Below are positions 27,341 to 42,116 of a stretch of DNA of 64,000 nt, piece after piece. The translations under genes were made by a program, and so were the position numbers. How positions within the stretch are numbered: position 1 is the stretch's first letter; every line of letters begins with the position of its first letter. The DNA comes from Chrysomallon squamiferum (taxonomy: Eukaryota > Animalia > Mollusca), in assembly GCA_012295275.1 (NCBI GenBank), contig CM022666.1:558001-622000 (forward strand), given 5' to 3'. The notes beneath the pieces were generated by a model. The model was not told where the DNA came from. It did not search any database and saw only the letters and a list, made by a program, of their open reading frames with translations.

Positions 27341-29145
27341 ATACCTGCAACAAATTAGAGAACAAATTTTTGTTAGTGTTTCTTTTGCAATAAACGAACA
27401 TTTTTATTACGTTAAGGCTGGCTTCTAAACACCGGCATATGTAGCCTTTGATCTATTAACGATAACAAAAGATTCATTTATCTTTTGTATTAAACTCTTG
27501 ATCTGTTAAGACGATTCATTTATGAAACCGTAGTCAGATGTCACTAAACAAACATTTATTGTTCTTTACCCCAGCGTGAGCTGTATCGTGTTCAGCCTTC
27601 TGAATAAATTAACTGTGAGTACCCAGCACCTGAGTGTAGAAAATAAACATATTGAATTAACGTTTAATTGTTTAAGCATGAAAAAAAAGAGGAATTTAAA
27701 CCATAATTTAAAGTATCGTCGAAGTACTGATACTGCGAATGCGTGATTACATCACAAAATAAATATGACGTGTTTTTTTGGCAAATGACACTGAACTCTA
27801 GTGACGTCATTGTCAGTTTCTAGAAAACTCCTCATTTCTAGAAAATTGGGCGATGCTTTGAAAAAAGTTTTACATCAACAGTTGAGTTGTATCCATTGAT
27901 AAAGATTCGATTCTTGTGACAAAGATGCTGTCACAGTTAATCTTGGTGTCAGAAAACTGATGTGATAACTCAGCTGAGAAGTTTAAATACTCATTTATGT
28001 TTCACTTTCTTATTTATTTATTTATTTATTTATTATTTTAATCATCATCATAATCATAATTTTTTGTATTAAAAATATTATTTATTATTGTTGTTGCTGT
28101 TGTTGATGTTATATTATTCTTATTAATAGAGTAATAATATTAGTAATCGTAGTAGTAGTTGTAGTTGTCTTTTTTGTTCATCATCATTTTTTTTTTTTCT
28201 TCTTCTTCTTCTTATTATTATTATTATTATTGTTGTTGTTGTTGTTGTTGTTGTTATTTCTCATACATTGTTGTCATTATTTGCTGACATCTCCAACCCA
28301 CACAAACTGTACACCAGTCCACTAATACACCTGTGGCATGCTGGTTAACTAAAAATATAGTCACAAATGATATTTTGTAGTTTCTTTCTGTTTGCAGTGA
28401 TGGTCGTTGTAGGTGTCGAAGTGGTCAACCACGTGTTGATATTCCGAACATGAGGAGAATGTCGTGTGTGTGCACGTACTGCAAACAGCAACAACGTTGT
28501 TACAGAAACAATGGCAACACCGACGACGTTGTTAATGAGTCCACGACAACGTGATATGTAGACCACGTAGTGCAAACAACAACAACGCTGTTGCGAAGAC
28601 TACGACAGCAAACAAAGAAATCAACAAACAGCACAGCTAACGTGCGCGAGTTCATGGAACTATGTCATAATTTGTGAAAAGTGATTTATTATCTTTAGAA
28701 TAAAATATATTATAACATAATATAACGTAATTGTATGTAATGTAACGTAACGTGTCGTGTCTTAACGTAACGTAACGTAATATAATATAATATAATATAA
28801 TATAATATAATATAATATAATGTAATAAGCGTTTGTTTATATGATAATATATTTTTAATACGAAATATATTTTATGTTTGTTTATAAAAATGATTTTTAT
28901 TTACCATATCTAAACTTTTGTTTATTATTATTATTATTATATGCCGTATTATTTTATTTTATTATTATTATTATTATTATTAACGAAACCAAAATTTATA
29001 AATGTTGATTATGTATAGGTCTATGAAAATCTTTTCTTTTTTAACTTTCTCTCCTATCTCTATGCATAAGTAATGTATGTACGTTCCTGTACATAGATAC
29101 ATGCATATATATATCGATATAAAGAGAGGACTTTGTGTACTTGAA

Positions 29146-29178
<33 letters not shown>

Positions 29179-30348
29179 CATACAGACAGGCAGATTATAT
29201 TTGTGTAGCACACACATATGTACATACATACATACATACATATACATATACATACATACATTCATACATACATACATACATACATACATACATACATACA
29301 TACACACATACATACATTTTCGTTTTGAAGAACATACATATATATACATATCACTTTTCGTTTTGAAGAATATTGAGATGACAACCAGAAAAGGAAATTC
29401 GTGTTAACTAACATGTTACTTCTAGAAATGAACACATTGAGTATCTCAGGTAACGTTTACAAGGTAAATACAGAAAACATTTTATTTCTGTATCTCTTCG
29501 CTTTCCCTACAAACCCAAACGTGATGACATTTAGAAACTTCAGACACATATTTCTCCAAAACAGGTCTCCAGAAGCTATTGTTATCGAATAATGACGAAG
29601 TAAAAAAAAGAAGGGTTTAAATATTTTCGAGTTAAAAGATCTTTGTAGCTTTAAACAAAGCACGACTGGACAGTTTTTGTCGGTGAATAACGAGCGCTGA
29701 AAGCCGAGAAGTTAGATCAACACAGGCGACAAAAACTGGGCTCCTGTGCGTGGATTCCCAGACTGGACCAGGATTACGTTGCGATTCGGATATTTCTTGC
29801 TGGCTGTTCGTGACTATTAACGAATTGAACTCATAAAGCGGCCCGTTGATTGGGTATTGTCTTTCAAAGGTTTATATTATTTTTGTTTGTAGGTGGGCCG
29901 TTTTGTTAGTTCGTATAAGCCTGGCGGTAAATCTCGCTGTAGAAATCAACGAAGTAGCCGTTGAGAGGGTCTCATCCTGTTTTATCTACGCAAAGACTAA
30001 AACAAGTTCAGTAACTTAATGCTGTGGGTAACGGTTTAAAGGTGCGCGTTTTACGAAGGAGCAAATTACAACAACAATAGCACTAATGGTCGATGTACAG
30101 CTCTCGTTTTCTGACGTTAATTTATTCGGCAGATTTAGAATTTATTTTGTGGTTATTATTTAGTTCTGAAATTTTCCTTTAAATACTACATCAACAATGA
30201 CGATTATGTCGACGATGATGATGATGATGATGAAAATAAACAAATAACAAGACTAACAACAATACTGGAGGTGCAAAAGACTGTTTAATTATTACCTTGA
30301 TAAAAAGTATATTAGAGATGGCTTCATCTTAAAATTGAACAAGTTGAA

Positions 30349-30401
<53 letters not shown>

Positions 30402-30509
30402 ACAATTATTATTTTATTAACATGTAAATAACACTGAATGTAGGCAACTGACTTGCACTTAAGTGAATGTAAATAAAAGAAAAAATAGTAATATTATTAT
30501 TATTATTAC

Positions 30510-30543
<34 letters not shown>

Positions 30544-33500
30544 CAAACACAACTACTATCATTATTCCAGAACCTGTTTTGTTGTTCTGATCGCCGTTAT
30601 TACTTTGCCATTCTTTTTTACCAGTCAGAATAAAATAATCCTTTTTCCACGAATCCCTCCAAGCATTTAAACTTGCCTGAAGGAAAATAAACACAGCAAC
30701 AAGAAGAATAAAACACAGCGGTATAGACGGCGATTAATGCGTGTTAAGTGTATGTCGCACAAACAACGACTTAACTAAATTACTATTATTTCTGTCCGAG
30801 CTGCCTTCTTCTGGCTTTTGTCCTTCATTTCAACACAATCTGTTTTATTAATTGTATCTCCCATCGCTTGAGATCGCATAATTAATGGATTTCTATAAAT
30901 TTCGTGCAATCTGTCACGTTACGTTTGGTAATTACCCATAATTGTCAGTTAACAGGGATTTTTGGAAACAGCGGCCACCACGGACCATTACGCCTGTTCT
31001 TGTTGTAGTTCGCTCCTTTTGTGTGCAGCGCACCGCACCATTGTCCGGAAAACACAAAGCCAATATAATTTATGGATAGCAAACAAGACGCCTTGAGAGC
31101 TTCGGTGCGAGTCAGTGTCTTGTGGGATTAGGTCTCATTGTGCCAGGTGATACCACTGCGATTCAGTTGTTACGAGGGATTGTTTCGACGGGTACTCAAA
31201 CTTCCAAAGGTGTGGATTTCAATTAAATACCCACCGCCGATACAACAACACAGTGTGTTCCTCTTTGTCACTTCAGATATCGGTGGATGTCGCTCCTTTG
31301 TGGTGGGGTTTGTTCTTCGCGAAAGCCCTCACAATGCCAGCGCGGTGGTAGCACCGTATCACGTGTCCGACCGCAAACGACCGGAGCTGACAGAACGACA
31401 CTCGAGGATTTGTAATATAATTTAGTATTTGAAAATAAAAAGAGTTGTTATTTATTTCTTTCCTTTTTGACGGAGAGTTTGCGACGTTACGCCTTTGTTA
31501 TTTGATATTTCGTAACATGAGCGTAATGTGCGCTAAAATCAAATGATGCGTTCTATTTTAAACTAACAAGATTTATTTTATTATTATTATTATTTTTTTA
31601 ATAAATGAATTAATGTCACATTATTGATGTGAGACACAAAAAAAACGTATTGTGTTACGTTACGCAACAAAAACAAATCTAGTATCCCGTTGCGTTACGT
31701 TACCCCAAACAACATATCATTTCCAGTAACGTTTAGTTAAGTTGTAAGCTGTATGTCAAATTGATATAAATTTTAAATCATTCTTTGGGTTTTTCTTTTT
31801 TTTTGTTTGTTTGTTTTCAAAACAGTTTCATTATAATGGGCTTTTTTAATCTCATTGAAAATCTTAAATATGCTTACATATTTTGATTGTTCAAGCACAT
31901 GAAGACAATGTTAGACTTAGTGTGTTAGATTGTTAGATTGTTAGTTAAAGAGAATGTTGAACTAAAGAAATCAAATTTTTAAAGTTTTGCATTATTGCTG
32001 TTTCATTAATGAAAGGTAAAGCAAAAACTATCTTGATAAAACAGTAATCCCTCGAATATATATGAATATGTATTTTTATATATATATTTTTTTTTTTAAT
32101 CTTTATTTCCTTATTCATTTATTTATTTAATTATTTACACGAAAATGCTATTATTAAAACAGCATTTCTTCATCTACGGTAACTAACTCAGTTGACATTA
32201 TTTAATATGGCACTATCGGTTTATCGTACATTCTGTCGCGATCTTTTGTTAAAAGTTCCATCAACGTCAATAAACCGACTGCTCACAAAAACGTCCGCTT
32301 TTTCTTATACAAAGCACGGGCCAGTCATCTTTATTATTCTGCCGGTGTATCCCCTAAATGTTGCCCATAATTGATTTGTCGAGTTAACCTTAGGCTATCA
32401 GCTATTTATTGTACAATTTACAAAACAAATAAATGGCGGGTAAAGAGAAAGGCAACGTCTTGTAACGGAAGAATTTCTCGACGGTAATTTCATTGACAAC
32501 CGATTTGCCGTCTAATTCGGTCTTTAATTGAGAGAGCTCGCTTTGGGCTGTTCGTTTTAATTATTCAAAGCGTCCAATCAAATCCACACTGAAATAGATT
32601 TAAAGCGCTACGTGGCAGGAAAATCGCCACACATGCAATAATAGCAATTATAATAACTCAATTGTCAGCGCAATTTTCTAGCAAGAGTTTCAGTTTGTCA
32701 CTTATTTTATCCCGACTCGTTCGTTTTTAGAGTCTCTCGTAGACTTACTTGTGGCTTATCCGAGCTAAATCATTATTGAATAGGTAACTGAATACAATGA
32801 ATTTGATTGTGATCTAGTTTTTCTTTATTTCTTAATACCTGAAAATAATTATTAACCTTTTTTCTTTTTCCTTTTTTTCTTTTTCTTTTTTTTTCTTTTT
32901 CTTTTATCTTTTTTTGTTTCATTTTTCTTTTTTTCTTTTTTTTCTTTTCTTTTCTTCTTCTTATTATTATAATTTATTATTTTTTCTTTTATTATTTTTT
33001 ATTTTTTTTTTTTTTTAAAAAGATAAAGAGCATTATTTTCGTATTGTTCTAGATAGTTAATTAAACATAACTTTAATAATATAGAGAAAGAAAGAGAGAG
33101 GGAGACACGCAGAGAGAGAGAGAGAGAGACTTACATTTTTCTGTTTTGTTCATACGAATATTTTATTTAATACTGATAAAAACAAAGAAAAAAAAAAAAA
33201 AAAAAACCCATAACTTAACGATATACCTACGTAATACTTCTGTCAAGAAAAAAACAGAAAATCAAACAAGCAAACAGATGAACAAAGAGTTAAAATAATA
33301 AACAAACAAATAAGTAAGTTAATAAAGGAATGAAGAAAGAAATAAGTAAGAAATTATACATTCAAAAAACGAATAAGATGCATTTAAAAGATTAAATATA
33401 AAGTTAACATTTTTATTTGACTGAAGAATTTCGAACCAAACAATTTCACGTGGAGACTAAGGGTGGGGTCATTTGCTCTCTCCACCTCCCCCTCCCCTCC

Positions 33501-34614
33501 GAAAGCCCACGAAAGCAGAGAGATAGACAGATAGACAGACAGATAGACAGATAGACAGATAGACAGACAGATAGACAGATAGACAGACAGGCAGATATAA
33601 ATTTAGGATATACACAGAGATACATATATAGCTATGATTTATAAATGGAAAACTACTTAAACAAAAACTTCACATAACCTTTCAAAAAGCGAAGAAGACA
33701 TTCTCAACAGCTGTAATAAAACCGCCCGGTGTACAGTCTAGCTAGTCTGTGTAACGGATAAAAGCATAAAGTCTTATTCCACCTCAAGTGCAATTGAAAA
33801 GTGAAAATGACATCCCCTACGGACAAATTGACACACGGACTATTGAGAATCATTTCTTCGCCTATAATAGGGCGGCAGATAGTAATAATGATGACTTCTA
33901 ATTTCATTTGTATTCGGGGACCTTAGCAAACAATTTAGATGATGTTTATTGGTCCGGAATTAGCATTAATTGGGAAGTATGCTTAGTGAAATTGCCGATG
34001 GCATGCAGGAGATAGAAGAAATACTTCTTGCAGTTCATTCGCACGAGAGACTGAGAGGGGTTAGAAATAAAATAAAAAATTCCGAGAAATTGAATAAGAG
34101 CAAACAATCAGCATAATGCAATAAATAATTTCACTGTGGTAATTGTATTATTTTAAGAATTTGAATGAAGAAGAAGAAGAAGAAGAAGAAAAAAGAAGGT
34201 TAAAATGGTTAAAAAAAAAAAAAAAGAATGAAAGAAAGAAAAGAAAAGAAGAAAGATAATTTGATGAAAGAATTAAAAAAGAAAAAACAAAAAGAAACAA
34301 CAGATAAAATAACGACAGCAAGAAAAAGAAAAATTAAAGAATTTATTTTTGTTTTGTTTTGTTAGTTTTTTTTTTTTTTTTTTTTTTTTTTTATTTTTTT
34401 TTTTTTTTTTTTTAATTTTTTTTTTTTTTTTTCTTTGGTTAACAAAAACCATATATTATTGTTTCAACATAATTAATAATTAATGAGCATTCACTCGCAC
34501 TTTCAAAAATATTTTTGGTTATTTTAATAAATTATTTATTTATTTATTTATTTTATTTTATTTTATTTTTTTTGTTTTTATTTATTTATTTTTTTATTTA
34601 TTTATTTATATATA

Positions 34615-34671
<57 letters not shown>

Positions 34672-35489
34672 TCTAAATGTATTTTTAACTGTTTTAACAA
34701 CAAATTAACTACCTTTTCTAGAAAATAAATAATTTTTAAAAAAAAAAATTAACGAGACAGTTTAAAGAAATAATCACATCTAAATGTTGTAGTGGGGTTT
34801 ACAAATGTTTTGTTTGAAAATGATGTGTACATCGAAAAAAACTTAATTATTTGTGTGTTTCCGAAAATAAATGTTCATGTTAAAAGAAATTATATCAAAA
34901 TATAATTTCGATATTAGTAAAGAAAAAAACGTATTTTTAAAACAGATCTATATTTTTTCTAAACTGAGAAAATATACAAATATATTTCAAGTTCGATACG
35001 AACTGAAAGTGATGTACACAATTCAATTCACCAAATTTATATTTATTTTAAAATTTTCTTTATTAAGATCAAACATTTATTTACATAAAAGCAAAACAAA
35101 ATAAAACAAAACTAAAAATGAAACATAGCAAAAAAAGCAAAATAAAACGGAATAAAAATAAAAATAAAAATAAATAAATAAAAAAAAATAAAAAAAAATA
35201 AAATAAAATAAAATAAAACAAAACAAAACAAAAAAAAAAATAAAACAAAACAAAATAAAATAAGGAATAATCGTAACATAATTTAATAAAATATTTTTAA
35301 AAAGGGAAAATATTACTTTTGAAATTCATCCGTATTTATTTCGTTTGCAAATATTAAAAAATGCTTATAAATAAATAAATAAATAAATAAATATAATAAT
35401 TATTTATTTTTATTATATTTATTATTATTATTTTTCCTTAAATACTTGTTAAAGCTGGTGATGATTATAACGATGATTATAATAATGAT

Positions 35490-35525
<36 letters not shown>

Positions 35526-36875
35526 CATTATCATTATCATAACAGAAACTAAATCGACTAAACAATAATATAAAATAAATGGCGAAGAAAAAAATTAAGA
35601 ATAAAATAATAATAAAAATTAAAATGTTAAATAAATAAATAGCTTTATAATAATAATATACAAAAAAAAAAAACATAAAAGAAAATAATTAAATACTTAA
35701 ATGCAAATTCAGCTTGAAAATGCAATTAAGTACACTACTAACACAAGCACAGGATGTAGAAATTGACAACAATTGAATGACGTAAGCAGGAAATTAATCA
35801 ATCAAACAAGGACGTCACACTGAAACGGTACATGTACTTTACTTGTAACAGTGGGCGTGTCTTACTACAGCGACATTCAGAGAGGTCAGATGAATAATTA
35901 AACAGACCTGTGCAGAGGTTAAACATCTGAGCGGAGATTAGTAACCTGTTGACTTGACCCCCCCCCCGCACCAAACCCACCATTATATATGAGAAACTAG
36001 AAAAAAATAAAAATAAAAAAAAATAAAAAAATGTTTTCTTTCTTTAAGAATTTTTATTTCTCTCATAGGTTTTTTTATTAATATTTTATTCATTCTAACA
36101 TTTTTCCTTCGTTCAGTCTATAGAACCATAATATGTTGACACAACGTCAGAATTAATCTATTTTTAATTGTGTTTTTTTCTATACATTTGTTTCTATTTG
36201 TTTTACTGTGGTTTTTTTTTATCTTTTCTTTTCTTTTCTTTCTTATGTTTTTTTCTTTTTACTTTCGTATTAATTTGCCTTGCAACGTTTTTTTTGTTTG
36301 GGTTTTTTTCGTTTTATTCACAGAAAAGAAATATATTTTCATAACATTGTTAGAGGACATCACAATTAATTATTCAATATATATTTGAATTCTGTGTTAC
36401 TGTGTGGTTCAGCTTAGCTGTAGATACTTCCTCTTTATCTTTTATGCTGTTTTGTGTCTTAATTAGATTGTTCTTCTTTCTTCTTCTTCTTCTTCTTCTT
36501 CTTCTTTCTTCTTCTTTTTTCTTCTGTTTACTCTTTATATCGGTATTTCTGAATGTTCCTAAGGTTTGGTAAATAAGATATTTGAATAATTATTTTATTT
36601 ATTTTTTTCTCCGTCTTCTTCTGATTGCTGTTGTTGTTGGTGTTGTTATTAGCAGTAGGAGGAGGAGGAGAAGCAGCAATAGTAGTAGTAGTTGCAGTAG
36701 TAATAGTAGTATAATAGTGGTAGTAGTAGTAGTAGTAGCAACAGCAGCAGTGGTAATAATAGTATAAACATATGAAACAGTTTGTAAAACAATTTGTTTA
36801 ACCCCTTTTAAAAACTCAGTCTGTTTAGTTAAAGTTCCTTTTTTTGTTGGAAATAGGTGTACGTGTTTATGAGGT

Positions 36876-36950
<75 letters not shown>

Positions 36951-37479
36951 GATGAAATGAGATGAGATTAAATGAAATGAGATGAGACAGAGAAAGAGAG
37001 AACACACGACAAGTATTTGATCCCAGATCCACACAAACACAAACTTTATCAGTTCTGACATGCAAAACGACAATGACAACATTCACAAGACTCCAGTGTC
37101 TCACTTTCAGTAACGAAACTGAACCTGCGTAACCAGATTCTGTTTATTTTTTTTTTTCCGTAACACTTCGTAACGACAAAAACAACACCTGTGCGAGAGA
37201 CACTCACACAATAGCACCCCCTGTCACAGCACGCCCGGGTGACCCGCGATCTCCTCCACCCATTCAACCGAACACTCCCTCGTTGTCAAAAAAAAAAAAA
37301 CCCCAAAGGGAGGTAATTCATCTCGACCGGTGAGAGAAGACAAGGGGTTAATCGCATTGTAAAGGGTTCAAAAAGTTCAGCTGCTTCATCACTCTCGCCG
37401 ATTGTTGCCAGCTTAGTTCTGAAAACGATCTCTTTTGTATGCGTATCCCAGCTATTTTCATAAAAAGCAATCCACACTG

Positions 37480-37715
37480 GCGCACCACAATGGCGGGATA
37501 CAAGATAACATCACCGCTTGTCGCACGGCACAATGGGACAACAATGGCCGCCGTCAGGGGTGGGTAACTCTAGAACGTTAAAAGAGGTTTGTCGTCCTCC
37601 GGATGGGAATATAAATTGACCACACGCTAATGCGATTTTATCGTCCATTTCGTTTGCTCATCGGAACGTTAACAATGTTTTCTGACTGCAACAATGGACC
37701 AGGTGGGAAAATGTG
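37480..37715. promoter_or_regulatory. Sox-site cluster with overlapping E-box/CSL-like site
   Basis: ACAATG at 37487, 37530, 37541, 37672 and 37691; CAGGTGGGAA at 37700-37709. Confidence 0.45.
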
Positions 37716-38022
37716 GTTTCCTTGAATTAACAGAGTTCGCTGCTTCTGTTTAACTTTCATTAGCACGGCCGAGGGCGGGGCGATGGGGCAGTTATAAAAT
37801 ATAATAAGGCGGAGCTTCAGGTTTGACAATAAAAAAAAAAGGGGTCGCCAAATATTGGACTTGTCAACGTCTGTTCCCCTGGCCTCTTTTTGTACAAAGT
37901 TAATGAAGCGTGTCTAAAAGATGTCATACACACTGCGAAGAAAAGTATGCAGGAATTCACTAGGAAATTAACAACCGTGACCGTGTATAAAAATGTGATA
38001 AAAATTTAGTTAAAAAGAGAAA

Positions 38023-38094
<72 letters not shown>

Positions 38095-39544
38095 AAAAAA
38101 TAAATAAATAAAATAAATAAATGATGTAGACAAAACGAAATAAAGTAATGAAAAAGTATAAAAAAAAAAAAAAAAAAAAGTAAAAATTATAAATAAAGAG
38201 AGAGAAAGAAAAAGAAAGAAAGAAGAAGGTACAACTTCTAGGCAGACAGTACAATCTGTTTAAAACTGTATATCATAAACTAGTAATTGCTAACACAAAG
38301 CTGCTCTCTCCCGGCCAATCCGCTAAACCTGTACAAATTGCTGTTAATAGTGTGCGGAATTACTGGCAAGTGGGTGTCATTGAACAAAAAAAAAAAAGCC
38401 GATACTCTGCCTTCAATGGCCGTGTTTATTGTTACAACCAGCAGAAATTCATTGACTGGAAAGAATTTTAAGAAAAACGAAAAGAAAGAGAAGCGAAAAA
38501 GAAGAAAACACAAACTTTCCAAATAGCTAACACATGAATCGCCCGTTTTCCTTAAACATTTCTTCTTTATTTTCTTACCTCCGCGCGAGAAAGCTTAACT
38601 CTTCTAAGCGATTAATACTTCCAGCGATCTCGCGACTTTGAAGCAATCTGATTGCCACCTGTCTGCAGATGGAAAAAATGACCCACAGCTTAAGTGTGCA
38701 TCTGGTATATAATACAGGCCCACGTGAAAGCGATTACCCCTCATTAGCAAGGATAAAAACCTTTAACAAAGTTAATTTGGAATAAAAGAAATATTATCGT
38801 TTGCTTATAGGCGGCAAGTGTGCAACTGGAAGAAAGCATTCACAATTAACACAATGCTGTTTGCATTCGCACGCACTCGAGACGGTGGACGGACAAATGG
38901 ACGGATGACTAACACGTGTTTTCCACAGTCATACAGTGTACAGTGTGTGCTGCTTCTACATACAGACCAAACCAAGATCTGTGTGTTAAATAACGTTACA
39001 GTGTATAGAGAAATACGTTATCTCGATTTAAATTGTCTTTTTCCCCTACATGTTAATAAATGGACAGATTTATATACATACACATATATACATGGATACG
39101 TAGTCAGACACAGACAGACAGACAGATTGTTGTCCAATAATTTCTTAAATAAAGAACATAAGATAATTTTAATATTTTATTTTTGTATCAGCCAAATGTA
39201 ACGTTATAAGAGATAATGATACAAACAGGTAAATAATAATTATAATGTGATATTTTACAACATGTACACCTATTAAACATATTAATACATGTATGTGTGC
39301 CTGTACGCACGTTGGTATCTTTGTATGTGCGTGCATATTTCCGACACAACATCAGTAAATAAAGAAGTAATTGTAACAAAATATGACGTTACAAAACAAA
39401 TACAAATCGTCAGCCACGTGACTCTGATGTAAAAATAAGAAGAAAAAGAAAAAAGAACAAAGTTTATTTAAACCATTTCCTTATAAGACATGTAATGTAA
39501 TAATTCAGTATATTATCTACAGAAAAATAGGAGTTTATAACAGA

Positions 39545-39548
39545 TAAC

Positions 39549-39594
<46 letters not shown>

Positions 39595-39647
39595 GTAATA
39601 ATAGTAATAATAGTAATAATAATAATAATAATAACAATTACAGTAAC

Positions 39648-39693
<46 letters not shown>

Positions 39694-39717
39694 GTATTAA
39701 TAGTATTGATAGTAATA

Positions 39718-39748
<31 letters not shown>

Positions 39749-39750
39749 AA
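39545..39750. repeat. (AAT)n/(AGT) microsatellite
   Basis: Direct read. Confidence 0.95.
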
Positions 39751-41170
39751 GCAACAACAATTATAGAAACAATAACTAATAAAAAAAGCAGCAGTAACTA
39801 CAACATCACCACCAACAACAACGGCAGTAATAAAAAAAAGCCGCAACAATAGCTTCAACAACACAGCAGCAATAATAACAGTGATGATGATGATGATGAT
39901 AGTTTTAGTAGTAGTATTAAAAGCAACAGCAGCAGCAGCAATAATGGAGCAGTAGAAGTAGTAGTAGTAGTTATTGTTGTTTTGTTGTTGTAGCAGCAGT
40001 AGCAGTAATTAATGTATAATTTACAACTATATCATTCAAGAGATGCGTTAACATCACTGACAACACCATCACGTAATTAAAAAATAAAAAATAAAATAAA
40101 AAAAACTACCAAGTGACATCTAACTGTTATCCAAGAAATGAGGTGAACGTAATTAGTTTTGTTTCACAGCGCTTCACCGAGTTCGAGCACGCTACACCGA
40201 GCACGAAGGGGTTTTTTTTCTTCTAATCTAACCAGTTCACCATTTCTGTGTACGGTTCATAATTAAACAGGGAGTACAACCTTTAACCCACGCTCTTGAC
40301 CGCGTCAGATTTGCCGTCAAGTGAAGTGAAGATGTTTCTTTTTTTTCTTCTTTTCTTCTTCTTCTTCTTCTTTCCAACACTAATCATTATGAATACTGAA
40401 AAATTTGACCAGAAAGAAAAAAAGAAGAAAAAAAAAGAAAGAAAGAGAAAACGAAAAGCTCAAAAGGGAAGCCCGTGCAAAGAGGTTGTAAGTCGCTCTT
40501 TTCAGAAGTATAATGATGCACACTTGTATAAACGCTGGGGCTTTTCACAGTTATAATGATTTCTCCCGCCCGCTAACAGCCGGCTCTCATTGGATCGTTT
40601 TATCACACATTTTCCGCACGGTTGATAGGAGAAGGCGAGAATAAGACAAAAAAACACTCGCTAATTGCATCAATATTGCAAAGCCGTTTAAAAGAATAGA
40701 AATGATCACGTGCGCACCATAAGTTTGATTCCTAACTTCTGGGGGCTTTTTTTTTTCTCTCTCTCTCTCTCTCTCTTTCAATCTTTCTCTCCTTCCGCGG
40801 TTGTAATGAGTGCCACCCGCTCGAGATTTCACCGGAAGCACTGGCCCGTTTCGTTTCTGACGTTACTCTGCACGCGCTGGTTGAGAGCGGGATCGAGACA
40901 AGTGCACGCGCAAAGCGTTTCGCTTTCAACTCTGGCAATTTGTAACAGCGCCGCCATATGCAGAATTCATTATGTTAAGTCGCGAAGTTTAATTCCAAAT
41001 AATTTACCTACCGTTTCGATATCAATCGAGATTTAATGAGCGAGAGAAAACGAGGCCAAGAAAAACAGAAATATCAGTTTACGATATTTTATTTTTTTTT
41101 TTTTTCACATCAACTTATGATTCTCGAGTAACGAACGTAGCAGAACTCTGTTGGGACCTGCTCGTTTTCT

Positions 41171-41240
41171 GAAACCCGCGTAACCCGGAATAACCCGGAG
41201 CAACCCGGAATAACACGGAGTGACACGGAACATCCTGGAG
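41171..41240 (+). repeat. 10-bp minisatellite, 7 degenerate units, consensus TAACCCGGAR
   Basis: Read directly: gaaacccgcg taacccggaa taacccggag caacccggaa taacacggag tgacacggaa catcctggag. Confidence 0.9.
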
Positions 41241-42082
41241 AAAAGTGGAATTGTAGGTTTTTCAATGTGTGATAGAAAAACTCGCAAACCAAGCATATAA
41301 CACATCATTAAAACATGATCATCTCTCTCAGTATATGATGATGTTGTTGATGTTGATGTTAATGAAGATGAAGACTGTGATAACGATGACGATGTTAGTG
41401 ATAAATAAATGAATGAATAACCACAAAGCATTTTTCTTTTTTTTTTTTTTTTTTTTCTTTTTCTTCTTCTTTTCTTCTTCTTCTTCTTCTTCTTATTATA
41501 TATATATTTGCTGTCAGACTTCTTTGCCTGAAATACTCTATTTGTTATTAATTTATTTTCTTTCTTTCGTTTCTTCTTTTTTTTTTTCTCCTCTTCTCCT
41601 TGTATTTATTTATTTTTCATTTATTTCGTTTAATCTTGTTTTTTATATAATTAATTTTTTATTGTTATTTTTATTTTATTTTATTACACTAATTTTGATT
41701 TATTTAAATGTTTTATATACATATTTACTTTATGCTGTTGATCATGGAATATTTATTTCTAAGGTATAATCGAATAATTAAATTACGAACACAGCAAATA
41801 AATAAACAATCAAACAAAGAAAAACATTATAATAATTTTATTAATAATAATAATTGAAAATATGATAATTATTATTTCATAAATGATGATAATTAAAATG
41901 AAAATGACAAAGACATAAAAAAAAAATTATAACAACAACGATAATAATGATGATGATGATGAAAAGGACAATAAGCAATAAAAAAAAACAAAAAAAAACC
42001 CCGGATATTGTTAATGAAACAACAAATATATCATTTTTACACACCTAAATGTAATATGAAAAGAAATTTAAAATCGTTTAGG

Positions 42083-42116
<34 letters not shown>

